Assembly (NCBI RefSeq): GCF_001194135.2
Contig: NC_068983.1
Coordinates: forward strand, 62,836,467 to 62,875,894
Source: Octopus bimaculoides
Lineage: Eukaryota
Direction: 5' to 3'
Length of the DNA: 39,428 bases
The position numbers and the translations under genes were made by a program. Shown here one piece after another: positions 22,397 to 33,593 of this stretch. Positions within the stretch are counted from its first letter, which is position 1, and every line of letters begins with the position of its first letter. The notes under the pieces are model-generated. The model made no database searches and was not told the origin of the DNA. It worked only from the letters and a program-made list of their open reading frames with translations.

Positions 22397-22990
22397 TGGA
22401 GGCGCAATGGCCCAGTGGTTAGGGCAGCGGACGCACGGTCATAGGATCGTTGTTTCGATTCCCAGACCGGACGTAGTAAGTGTTTATTGAGCGAAAACAC
22501 CTAAAAAGCTCCACGAGGCTCCGGCAGGGGATGGTGGCGAACCCTGCTGTACTCTTTCACCACAACTTTCTCTCACTCTTACTTCCTGTTGCTGTTGTAC
22601 CTGTAATTCAAAGGGTCAGCATTGTCACACTGTGTCACGCTGAATATCCCCGAGAACTACGTTAAGGGTACACGTGTCTGTGGAGTGCTCAGCCACTTGC
22701 ACGTTAATTTCACGAGCAGGCTGTTCCGTTGATCGGATCAACTGGAACCCTCGNNNNNNNNNNTCACCACAACTTTCTCTCACTCTTACTTCCTGTTGCT
22801 GTTGTACCTGTAATTCAAAGGGTCAGCATTGTCACACTGTGTCACGCTGAATATCCCCGAGAACTACGTTAAGGGTACACGTGTCTGTGGAGTGCTCAGC
22901 CACTTGCACGTTAATTTCACGAGCAGGCTGTTCCGTTGATCGGATCAACTGGAACCCTCGACGTCATAAGCGACGGAGTGCCAACAACAA
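22397..22990 (+). mobile_element. SINE family 3 (tRNA-derived, little decayed), with 197 bp duplicated across a 10-N gap
   Basis: A box TGGCCCAGTGG at 22408-22418, B box GTTTCGATTCC at 22452-22462, (CAA)n tail. Segments 22557-22753 and 22764-22960 are identical. Confidence 0.85.
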
Positions 22991-23099
22991 CACACACACA
23001 TATATAGACAAATATAAGAATATAAATAACATATATATGCATATATATACATACGTATACGTACATACTTACAATCATATGTACATACATATGCATATG

Positions 23100-23505
23100 T
23101 GGGCGCAAACGTCACAAAACATAAACAACAAATAATACGAAGTACGAGGACATGGAATACAGGTTTTTTTTTGCAAGCAACGAATGAAATAATTAGAAAA
23201 CAAGACAAACAACACAAAGAACGACCTTTCATCAGTTGCCGCTGTTTTTCTGATCCGTATTTCGAGCAATTCACGACAAGAAACGCCTTCGATAAAACAG
23301 TTGCTCTCGCAAATCAAATTTTAAAAAAATTGCGATCTTGCGGAGGGTCAAGATTTGTGACAAAAACAGGACAGTGAAAACAAGCAGGAAGTGCTGCTAA
23401 GCCTAAACGAAGTTATGGTGGCGAACGCGAAGAAACAAGTCTGGACAGGATAGGAGAATAGCCAATGGTCACGTGGGCAGCCACGTGAGCAAAGGAGGAA
23501 GAATA
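23100..23505 (-). repeat. dispersed repeat family X, copy 3 (diverged)
   Basis: CCTTTCATCAGTTGCC, ATTTCGAGC and ACAGTTGCTC match 4478-4560. It ends at an (AG)n tract like copy 1. Confidence 0.65.
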
Positions 23506-23586
23506 AGAGAGAGAGAGAGAGAGAGGGGGGGATAGTGACAGACAGAGAACTGTGAAGGGGATAGGAAAAGATTTGGAGACAGGATA

Positions 23587-23633
<47 letters not shown>

Positions 23634-23712
23634 GGAGAAGGGAAGGCAAAAGAAAGGAAGAGAGAAAATGACAGAGTAAAAGGATAGAATAGTGGGAGAA
23701 GAGGAGGTAAAA

Positions 23713-23754
<42 letters not shown>

Positions 23755-24439
23755 CACAGTAAAAATACACACATGATATAACCTCCACAGACACATAACG
23801 TTCCAGATAAATATACTTACATATTCAATCACCACACAAATAGACAGTATTATCGAAAAATTCTCATCTGAGATATATAGTTTGAAGCCATGAGAGAATT
23901 TTTACAGGTGTTAGTAGAGACATATACACTAGGAATAAAGATCCGTTACGAACTAATGCTTATTTGAGCCTATGTATTTCATTTTCTAGTTCATTGTTCG
24001 TGGACAAGGATTTAAATGCTCTTCTGCCACAGACCTCTTATAATTCGCTATAGATATTCTAATAGGCTTGTGCAGCAAGTTATAAAAGGATACAGACAAA
24101 AACACGGATTGTTATCTACTATAAATACAATACAGAGTTATTTCTTGAGTTTTAGTTGTCTCTGGACATTACAGTCAAGCTAGAGTACTATTAGGTACTC
24201 TTGCTTCCCCGGGGGGGGGGGGTCTGTCATTCTTTCTCCATTGAGTAAAACTGTTCCACTATTCTCCAATTTCCTTCTGCTTATAGGCTTGCAACATACT
24301 TCATGATAACCATCGCCATCTCTCGTTTAGTAAACAGTTTAAAAATCATCCTTAAAGAGTAAAGGATCAAGGTCCGGAACGGGAAGGGGCTTTTTTCCAA
24401 TTGATAACACACACTTATCTTCTGTAGCACCCTGGTCAG

Positions 24440-25700
24440 AGGAATCAAAGAAAAGACAAAGAATGTGGAAGAAAACGAATCAACACGAAAAATGCTTCGT
24501 TTGATGTCAACTCTGCCAAGCTCTTGATAGTTAGAAAACTAGTTTTCCATTTTACCATGCTTTCACTCAATTTGTGTATATTCTCAGCAATCTTCAACAC
24601 GTTCAGGCACTCCACTATCCATGAGTACAGTATCACATCATACGCGTTTCTAAAATCCATCCAGACCATCGACAAATGATTTTGTTTTGTTTTTTTATTG
24701 CCTTTCCTCGTAACCATTTCTTCGGCATCCAGGTGATATTTTCTACTCTGACACCGTTTTCTGCAGTCTTCCTGCTAAACAGACAGTAAGTCATCCGTTT
24801 TCGGATGTATGTGCACATGTTCAAAAATGATTCATGCCAGAATTTTCCACATCGAATTCTGTCTCCCCAAATTGTTTTCTCAGAGTAGATATATCATTAA
24901 ATTCGCCTCTTCTACCAATGCTCCTTGAAACCATCCTTGTCCTTTTTCCTAGCACCCACTCGTTTTCCCACAACTGCAGCTACTCTAAGCAAATCCTGTT
25001 ATTCTGTGATATTGTCCGTCCATTTATACGGCAAGAGTCTGCCATCAACTTTTCTCACTGCAATTTCTTTTCTTATCGACAGGCCATACGTTGATTGGAT
25101 CCTCTTTTTTCCAACCACTATCAATTTAGTTAGTATTATTCATCGTCCTCTAAGTAACTGTACCTGAAGCACAAGGTCTTCGCGAGCGTACTCCATCGTA
25201 CTCGTATCATTAATATCTTCACCTATAATGCCTATTACAACCTCTTCCATCGGTACATTCTTCTAGTTGTTTATCAAAATCATACTTGAATTGCAGTCAT
25301 CTGCGCTTTATTTCTTCATTTTTAACGACGGCAAAACGGTTCTATAACTGCATAACATGGATTTGGTACATAATTTTCAGATCAAATTCCTTTTTTATTC
25401 CAAAGCTGATAGACCTACTTCCGATGCCACACTTACGAAGAACTTCACTTTCATAGACGCACTCAAGGATAACCTTGTAATCGGCTGATTTTGACCGGCG
25501 TTTTCGACCATAAATTTTCACATTTTTACTTACGTGTTATTTCCTGCAATGTAGAGTTGTTTCTGTGCTCTTAGGATCAATCACTGGTTGATTGGTTGGA
25601 ACGTTATCTTCCACTCTCAATAACTCGTTTCTGGCAATGGAGCCTCCAGTTTTCCCTGGGAGCTCCCTTCAATAATTTCATAGACTTGGCAGTTTCTCAT
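24440..25700 (-). mobile_element. R4/Dong-like RLE LINE relic F (N-terminal region and RT, internally deleted)
   Basis: Peptides NKVILECVYES, TDNITE*QDLLRVAAVVGKRVG..EHW*KRRI, KFWHESF and NHLSMVWMDFRNAYDVILYSWIVECL (KNLSMAWIDYKKAYDxVPHSW pattern). Confidence 0.75.
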
Positions 25701-25905
25701 TTCATTATTTCTGTATGTTATTATGCAAATAAATTGGTTGATTGAAGGTCATTCGTTTCCCACCCTTCTGGTTATTGTGATCTGCATTTTCTCAAAAAAA
25801 TAGGACACCGTAGTAGATGGATTTCCAATCAAGGCATGCAGATATCCATCTGCCTTGGGTGGGCGAACCCCAGCCTCCACACCGATTGAGGTTTTTCTAC
25901 CCTTG

Positions 25906-25961
<56 letters not shown>

Positions 25962-26148
25962 NNNNNNNNNNNNNNNNNNNNNNNNNNNNNNNNNNNNNNN
26001 NNNNNNNNNNNNNNNNNNNNNNNNNNNNNNNNNNNNNNNNNNNNNNNNNNNNNNNNNNNNNNNNNNNNNNNNNNNNNNNNNNNNNNNNNNNNNNNNNNNN
26101 NNNNNNNNNNNNNNNNNNNNNNNNNNNNNNNNNNNNNNNNNNNNNNNN

Positions 26149-26385
26149 GTGCTGTGGTTTGCTGTGGTGCTCTTATGTTTACTGTATTGAAAGTGTTTTG
26201 CGTAGAATGTGTGCAGTACCCAGTAGTGCAATTTTCTGTATGTTATATATATTTGTAAGTCCTGGTATTTTTGTTATGTATTTGTCTGAATATTTTTTTA
26301 TTATACCTAAGGCACCTACTATGATAGGAATTGTTTCTGTTTTTAGATTCCACATTCGAGTTATCTCTATTTCCAGGTCTTTGTA
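26149..26385 (-). mobile_element. R4/Dong-like LINE copy A, 5'-truncated 3' end with undisrupted reading frame
   Basis: YKDLEIEITRMWNLKTETIPIIVGALGIIKKYSDKYITKIPGLTNIYNIQKIALLGTAHILRKTLSIQ* (TAA at 26179-26181). It starts directly in (TAA)n, and the 3' UTR runs into a gap. Confidence 0.9.
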
Positions 26386-26415
26386 TTATTATTATTATTA
26401 TTATCATTATTATTA

Positions 26416-26480
<65 letters not shown>
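26384..26480. repeat. (TAA)n tract between copies B and A
   Basis: Direct reading. Confidence 0.95.
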
Positions 26481-26921
26481 TTCATTAACATCCTTCAATT
26501 CTGTTTCCATTTCTTACCAAGTGTCTTCCTGGCACCTAGGGGGAAACGCACTGAATGCATTGGCAGGCCATTAAAATAAACACACCAGATTGTTCATTTA
26601 CAAAGGCATGTGATAGTGAAAAAGAAGAAAACAAAGAGAAAAAGGAAAGATAAAAAATAAAGAAAGTAAACAAATGAAATAAAGGGGGAAGAAACAGAAA
26701 GAAAATTCACAGCGACAATGCTCTTCTCAGTACATGTGGCGTGCCAGCTAAGATAATTTCTTGCACTTCCTGCATGGATGGTAAGTCAGGGATCCCTTTT
26801 TTGACCATTCCAAATGCACCTACAATCACTGGTATTGTAATCATCTTGAGATGCCACATCTTTTCGATTTCGATTTGCAAATCATTATATTTTCTGAGCT
26901 TATTAAAATCTTTTGCTGAGA

Positions 26922-26922
<1 letters not shown>
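26481..26922 (-). mobile_element. R4/Dong-like LINE copy B, 3' end plus 3' UTR
   Basis: ISAKDFNKLRKYNDLQIEIEKMWHLKMITIPVIVGAFGMVKKG..MQEVQEIILAGTPHVLRRALSL* (TGA at 26707-26709), then about 225 nt of UTR ending in (TAA)n. Confidence 0.85.
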
Positions 26923-26952
<30 letters not shown>

Positions 26953-27377
26953 GAGTGAGAGAGCAGGGTAAGCCATCAAAGTGACACTGGGGTAAATTAT
27001 ACAAAGCCCAATATGCCCACCATGACTACCCGTCTGACAAGAGAACACCAGGCACATGCATCACAAACATATGTGCGCGATATGTGATCTCATACCAAGA
27101 TAAACAGCGCTTGATCTTGCAGGTGGGACCCAGTTAGAATTTTCTTCAAGTGCATCCCGCTCAAAAGTCCCCTAAGTAAGGGTTGTTTGAGGATATTGAA
27201 CGAAGGGACATGCTCAACTGGTTAAGGTCAAATAACTGACAAGCAAATCTCTGGTACTGAGCAGAATATTTGTTGTAGTCCATCTTTTATACCAAGACAA
27301 AACAATGTACATTATAACACTTCCAATCAGTTAATACAAGAAGCCATGAGAGCCACTGCCTAGTACTGCATCAGGGC
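26953..27377 (-). mobile_element. non-coding element C with (TAA)n on both sides
   Basis: 425 bp of complex sequence with no RT or EN motifs, bounded precisely by (TAA)n at 26923-26952 and from 27378. Confidence 0.65.
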
Positions 27378-27405
27378 TATTATTATTATTATTGTTATTA
27401 TCATA

Positions 27406-27452
<47 letters not shown>

Positions 27453-27453
27453 G

Positions 27454-27500
<47 letters not shown>

Positions 27501-27504
27501 CATT

Positions 27505-27538
<34 letters not shown>

Positions 27539-27557
27539 CCATCATCATTATTTTTTG

Positions 27558-27612
<55 letters not shown>
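27378..27612. repeat. compound trinucleotide tract (TAT)n-(TCA)n-(TAC)n
   Basis: Direct reading. Confidence 0.95.
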
Positions 27613-27614
<2 letters not shown>

Positions 27615-29029
27615 AATTAACTAATTTCTGCTATTTTAACCTCAATTTATTCAATTTTATTTCCTGTCTTTGCTATTTTTTTTATGAATTATCTTGGAAG
27701 ACACTGTAGGCTAAGAATATTTTTTCATGCTGTCTTGCAATTTAATTCTACCTATGCTCAGATATTATAGTAAAAAAAATTATCCACCTCGCTGTGTATC
27801 TTTTATTTATCTTTCAATCTATCAGTCTTATTACATTTTTTATACTGGATCTTTTGCCTGTATTTTTCTTCACTTTTTACTCATTTGGGGTTATCGTCAA
27901 GTGATGAAACACATCATAGTTTCAGACTATATATGCATATTTCAGTATATGAAGAATACTAAAAAAAGGGGGAAAAAAGCAAGATCTCCGGAACGTTTTT
28001 AATCATAATTACAAGAGTTAATTAGACAAGATAAAAGGTGACGGAAAGCTATTCAAAACTGTGTCCCATAGCACATTGCAAAAAGGTGAAATTTTTGCAA
28101 GTTCGATAAGAAGCAAATAATTAGTAATCTTCTGAAGCAATAATCAAATAACGCAATAATTTTGTAAAGTTTTAATGAAAAGAAGTAAATTTTAAAAAAA
28201 AAAACCTACAACGATGCGAAACAAGAAAATTTGAAATGTTGATGAATTGAAAGAAATGGGTAAACGGATGGCAGGGAGGACATCTGCGTTCTAGGATTGA
28301 AATATGGTATTTTAGAATTAGTTGTACGGCTAAATGTTCACAATATTTTCTTTCAATTTTTTCAGTCAGTGATATTTTGGATTGTCGGGATAACTGGTTG
28401 AGATGAATATTGTTACATTTCTATTTCTATTTGAATTTTAAAAAGTTAATTGTTTATGGGAAATTAATGGGATTTCCATTCGGGTGAATCAGTTCACGGA
28501 GGAAAATACTGAGCAGTCGATATGAAAAAGATATAAGTGGATGACACGTCGTGTGTTTCAGGACTGTATTGTATACAGTGAGTAAGTTTAGAGGAACAAA
28601 ATACAGTTATAGTAATGGTAAAATTTGCAGAAGGAAAATGACTCGTCTCATTATAAAAGCAACAATGTTATGAACATTTAAAATATTTTTTGAATGATAA
28701 TTTTACTTTCCAAATGGTCTTTAGAGAACATGTTATTTTACAAATTCCCAAACGTGGGCAGGTTTATGTGAGCTTTTGTTTTAGAAAGCGTATGATATGA
28801 TAAAGTCAACATACTAGCTACAGCAGAACGAATTAAACCCGGTAGATTCACCACAGCAAGGGTAGAAATACAATATTATCCGAACAATACATCAATATAT
28901 TCAATCCTGCTGTAGTTACAACATCAAATTAAATGTATCGTATTTAACCCATTGACATCGATTGTTTTTTGATAGCATACACTCGCACGGTTTTTAATAT
29001 ATGTAAATAAAATTTGTGGGTTTATGTAC

Positions 29030-29296
29030 GCATTATGTATGATGTATGTTGTATGTATGTATGTATGTATGTATGTATGCATGTATGTATGCATGCATGC
29101 ATGTATGTATGTATGTATCTAAGTAGGTACGTACGTATGTAAGTGGGTAGGTAGGTATAAATATATAGGTTGAAGGTGGGTAAGAAAATAGGCAGGTAGT
29201 TTGGTTGATAGGTGTCTATGTATGTATGCATGTAGGTAGGTAGGTAGGAAGGAAGGAAGGAAGGAAGGGAGGGAGGAAGGAAGGAAGGAAGGAAGG
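29030..29296. repeat. compound (TATG)n/(TAGG)n/(GGAA)n tract
   Basis: Direct reading. Confidence 0.9.
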
Positions 29297-29424
29297 AGTT
29301 AGACTTAGCAATAATGCAAATAATTCAAGCAGTTGTTAAAAGGAAAGTCTAACATTTGCCCATCTCGTCTTTTTCTGCTAGTATTTTCTACTGCTCATTA
29401 CAGCAAAGTAGTGTTATGTATTTT

Positions 29425-29463
29425 TTTATCTTTTACTTTGTTCAGTCATTTGACTGCGGCCAT
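29425..29463 (-). mobile_element. SINE family 1, extreme 3' tail only
   Basis: The reverse complement ATGGCCGCAGTCAAATGACTGAACAAAGTAAAAGATAAA fits the terminus expected for family 1. Confidence 0.55.
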
Positions 29464-30473
29464 CTCCAAGATTTGCTTCTGAATTACTGTGTCATATACT
29501 TTGTATTGTGCAATGTAAGACGTTTGGTAATAATTATTCTAGTGGTGACTTGCCCCTATTTGTGATGACGAATATCTCATTTTGCTGTTTGAAAATGTTC
29601 GCAATGTCTAGCTTCGATCTTTCGTACTACGAAGTAGAAAGAAATATCGCTGAACACTTGAAAGACGGTTTTCCAAAGCTTTGAAGAATGATGAACTAAA
29701 GCAATGCTTTGTTTATGTATGACAGCACAAATAAGATAAGCAAACTTCGTAAAGGAAAGGATTTAATTGAATTGTTCCTAAACTGCGGCATAAACGTTGA
29801 CGTAGTATAAAGTGCAAACAAATAAAGAAAACATTCAAACATCGTCACTACATTTCCAAATCCTGCTACATTTGAATGTTTGATCCTCCAAAGGCGTCTT
29901 GGTGTCTAAGTCGATCTACCTATTTTTTTGGCAGTAAATTTCGTTCTGAAAAACTCGATTTCTACGCTGGAAAATTGGATAAAGCAATATTTCTTTTAAA
30001 ATTCAGGATTCTAAGACAGGCTTTATTTAGTTGCTATAAAATCCGCAGAAACACTACTGTTATATGATCATGTTTTTAATAACACTTCTTGTAGACCATA
30101 ACACATAGCCTATAAATTGAGAGATTAGATACTCTATTTTACTTCAAAAGTCCGGGTGTTACGTTTACCCTGACCTTTGAATAAACTGACAGACAGACAT
30201 GTCAGTGGGATATCCACTAACTGTATGGTTCGAAGACATAGAATCGAAATCAATGGCGGACCCATTTACTATGTACGTAGCTGTTATACAGATACTTTAA
30301 AACCCATTTAGACGCACAAAAGTGCTAATTTTACAGACACATGTATATATTGAGGATCATGGCTAACCTTGGGCGTACATTAAATAATAAATTATGTTTA
30401 GTTATATCATGAATACATATATACATATGCGTGTGTGTGTGTGTGTGTGAGTGTGTGTAAAAGTGCTTATGCT

Positions 30474-30530
<57 letters not shown>

Positions 30531-30723
30531 NNNNNNNNNNNNNNNNNNNNNNNNNNNNNNNNNNNNNNNNNNNNNNNNNNNNNNNNNNNNNNNNNNNNNN
30601 NNNNNNNNNNNNNNNNNNNNNNNNNNNNNNNNNNNNNNNNNNNNNNNNNNNNNNNNNNNNNNNNNNNNNNNNNNNNNNNNNNNNNNNNNNNNNNNNNNNN
30701 NNNNNNNNNNNNNNNNNNNNNNN

Positions 30724-30781
<58 letters not shown>

Positions 30782-31401
30782 ATATATGTACGCACACTAC
30801 AACCATATATTTGGGAAAAGACACCTAATGCATCAGCGCGTAAGGAACAAATTACTTACGCTATCTTCTTGCATATTTCTGCATATTCATATTGCTGACT
30901 AGATGCAAAGACGACGTGTAATTAAGTGGAAATAGAAAAAAAGCCGATGCTCTTTGTTAGGTGTATGAGCCCGTATGTATCAGTATGTATTAATCTATGG
31001 TAAATATGAACAGTTGTTTTTTGGGGTCTAGTTTTCTGTTAGTATATTTGCTTCTTTGCTTCTTTGGGAAATTTTAAGTATATATCTATCTATCCATCTC
31101 TTTGAGTGCTTCTCCTTCTATATTATGTACATATGTATGGATGTATGCATGTATATATGTATGTATATTTGTATGTACGTATGTATATTTGTATGCATCT
31201 AAGTATGTCTGTCTGTCTGTCTGTATGTATGTATGTATGTATGTATGTATGTATGCTTGTAAGCCGGTATGTATGTATATATATGTCAGTGTGAGTATGT
31301 CTGTGGGTTTGTGTATGCATTTATATATGTATTCATATCCCTATGAGTGCATTTGGGAGTATTTATGCACAGTTAGCTTTAGAATATATTAATACAAATT
31401 A

Positions 31402-31442
<41 letters not shown>

Positions 31443-31579
31443 TCTCATGATGGACCGCCATTCGCAATAGCAGTACTCTACGCTACATCAAAACACGCGT
31501 GCGCACACAAACTCAAACACACACACACACTCACACACACACACACACACAAACACACGCACGCACACACACACACACA

Positions 31580-31618
<39 letters not shown>

Positions 31619-31696
31619 AAACACGCGCACGCGTGGAATTGCTCATAGACATTTATATATAAGTGCATATACATGTACATATATATATATTTATAT

Positions 31697-31868
31697 ATAA
31701 TTATAATTTAGCGTTCAGCAGGTATTGCTTCACCACACACCGAAAATTAGATATAGCAGCCAAAACTCTTATTTCTCTACCAAAGTGAGAAATAATAGTT
31801 TTTGACTGCTATCTCTAATTTTCAGTGTGTGGTAAAGCAATGCCTACTGAACCCTAAATTATAATTAT
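31697..31868. repeat. 172-bp imperfect hairpin (81/82-bp arms, 9-nt spacer)
   Basis: Arms at 31697-31777 and 31787-31868 differ by about 8 substitutions and 1 indel. Confidence 0.92.
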
Positions 31869-31970
31869 GTTTATATGAATTTACCAAAAAATGGTTTTAA
31901 CACACCGATCTACTTGGTGAAATTACTAATTATTAATTAATTATTAATTTTTACCCTATTTATGAATTTA
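31787..31970 (-). repeat. dispersed repeat family Y copy (its 3' part forms the right arm of the hairpin)
   Basis: Reverse complement aligns with 39110-39290 (AATTAATAATTA..TTTT.GGTAAA..CTGA.AATT..A.ATAGCAGTCAAA.AACTA). Confidence 0.7.
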
Positions 31971-32090
31971 TATATATTTATATGCATGTATGTGCGCGTG
32001 TAAAAATATATAAATAAAAATATATACACACGTGTATGTGTGTATCTATATATATGCCTATATGTATCTACATATATATGTAAATATATA

Positions 32091-32125
<35 letters not shown>

Positions 32126-32157
32126 GTAAAAGTATGTGACACTTATTCAGTAGCCAT

Positions 32158-32218
32158 GATAAAACTCCGAGTTTCGGATGCCAGGGTGGGAGCCCACGCC
32201 AACATCTCTTCAGTTATC
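32158..32218 (-). ncRNA. type I hammerhead ribozyme motif H3
   Basis: GAUAA-CUGAAGA-[GAUGUUGGCGUGGG-CU-CCCACCCUGGCAUC]-C-GAAAC-UCGGA-GUU-UUAUC. Stem I has 5 perfect bp, and stem II is long with three G.U pairs that form only on this strand. Predicted cleavage is between 32163 and 32162. Confidence 0.7.
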
Positions 32219-32229
32219 CGGCCAATTGA

Positions 32230-33255
32230 AAATTCCTGTGAAAAAGGTCGTTTTTCAAGTAAATTGTAGGGACATAGAATTGCCAAAGGAGAGAGAATGG
32301 AAGGCTCGGATGATGATGGGTACAAGTACCTTGGGATCCTGGAGCTGGACAATATCTAGCACTGAGAAATGAATGACAAGGTCATCATTGCATATGTCAA
32401 GTGCCTCAAACTTCTCTTAACATCAAAGCTCAACTTAAGGAACCTTGTCACTGCCATCAACATATGGGCTGTTTCTTTAGTCCGCTATAGTGCATTTATC
32501 CTGAGATGGACACAAGCGGAGATTGACCAACTCGATCACACTACCCGAAATACTATGACAATGCATAGTGCCCTCCACCCTAAGGCAAATGTACACAGGC
32601 TCTACATGAAGAGAGGTAACGTTGGACGTGGACTGATTAGCGTACGGGAGTGCATCAACTGGGAAAGAAGAAACATGGCATAATATTTGGTAAACAACAA
32701 AGACCTGCTACAGTATGCTGCTTATGCAGAAGAATCTAACAAAAATGGATTTGAGAGTGCTCATGAATTCCGATCAAGAACAGCCAGCGAGAGAGAAGAA
32801 ACCCAACTCCGTATCGAATTATATGATCAGTTCCACTGTGAAACCAACAAATTTTGAAATACTAGGAAGCATCATGGAGGTGGCTCAACAAGGGTGACCT
32901 AAAAAAGAATACTGAAAGCTTAATCATCATGAAAGAAAAAGTTGATAAATATGGATACCTGACAATTGACATCGCTGAAATGTAGCAGCTACGAGAGTCG
33001 AACATAAAGTTTATCCCTATCGTCATCAGAGCATTGAGTTCACAACCACCCAATCTGAAAGAAAACATCTCAAACCTTAGAGATACCGTACATCTAAATG
33101 TATTTCAAAAGTCGGCATTACTTGGAACTGCACGCATATTGCGTAAAGTACTGTCTGTCTGAGGTCCTTGTTGTGACTTGACAAACAGTACAAACCCTGG
33201 GTAGACACAATATTTTCAATCAACAACCTCACGATATTGTATACTGTGCGACGTC

Positions 33256-33257
<2 letters not shown>
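32230..33257 (+). mobile_element. R4/Dong-like LINE copy D (RT thumb to 3' end, internally deleted)
   Basis: DGYKYLGILELD, SKLNLRNLVTAINIWAVSLVRYS, LHPKANVHRLYMKRGNVGRGL, GDLKKNTESLII, then a jump to KEKVDKY..IPIVIRAL..QKSALLGTARILRKVLSV* (TGA at 33160-33162), 3' UTR and a (TAA)n tail. Confidence 0.9.
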
Positions 33258-33305
<48 letters not shown>

Positions 33306-33324
33306 CAATAATAATGATAACAAT
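33258..33324. repeat. (TAA)n tail of D and apparent target of E
   Basis: Direct reading. Confidence 0.95.
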
Positions 33325-33585
33325 AAGCCTCCCCACCAGAAATTACCAAAAACATATAATGAAAAGAAACATAACAAGTAACAGCAGAATATGTGGCGAT
33401 GGACAAGAAACAATAAATCATATTATCTTTGGCTGCCCAGTCCTGGCTAAGAAGGAATATATTCACGGACACGACAGAGCTGGGACCTATATACACTGGA
33501 AACTATGCCAACACTATGGAATAACAACAGAAAAAAGATGGTATAAACACACGCCAGAAAAGATCACAGAAAACGAGAAAGCCAA
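33325..33585 (+). mobile_element. R4/Dong-like LINE fragment E (CCHC zinc-knuckle region)
   Basis: SLPTRNYQKHI..RICGDGQETINHIIFGCPVLAKKEYIHGHD..HWKLCQHYGI..KRWYKHTPEK..ENEKA. Confidence 0.9.
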
Positions 33586-33593
33586 TACACACA

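Noticed and set aside
22401-22475. tRNA-like sequence with A and B boxes
   Set aside because: It has no complete cloverleaf or acceptor stem and continues into a SINE body, so it is a SINE head rather than a tRNA gene.
25800-25905. Hairpin-rich segment with CCCAGCCTCCAC resembling an HDV-like ribozyme at the 5' end of relic F
   Set aside because: I cannot build P3, P2 or the J4/2 catalytic C consistently on either strand. An RNAMotif HDV descriptor search would settle it.
29580-29760. Faint mariner N-terminal resemblance
   Set aside because: It is too degraded to support, with no diagnostic motif.
216-31700. Many ORFs in the track (YIYI, HTHT, CVCV, SLSL, poly-N/I/Y, and X-filled ORFs)
   Set aside because: They are translations of microsatellites or read-through of N-gaps, not genes.
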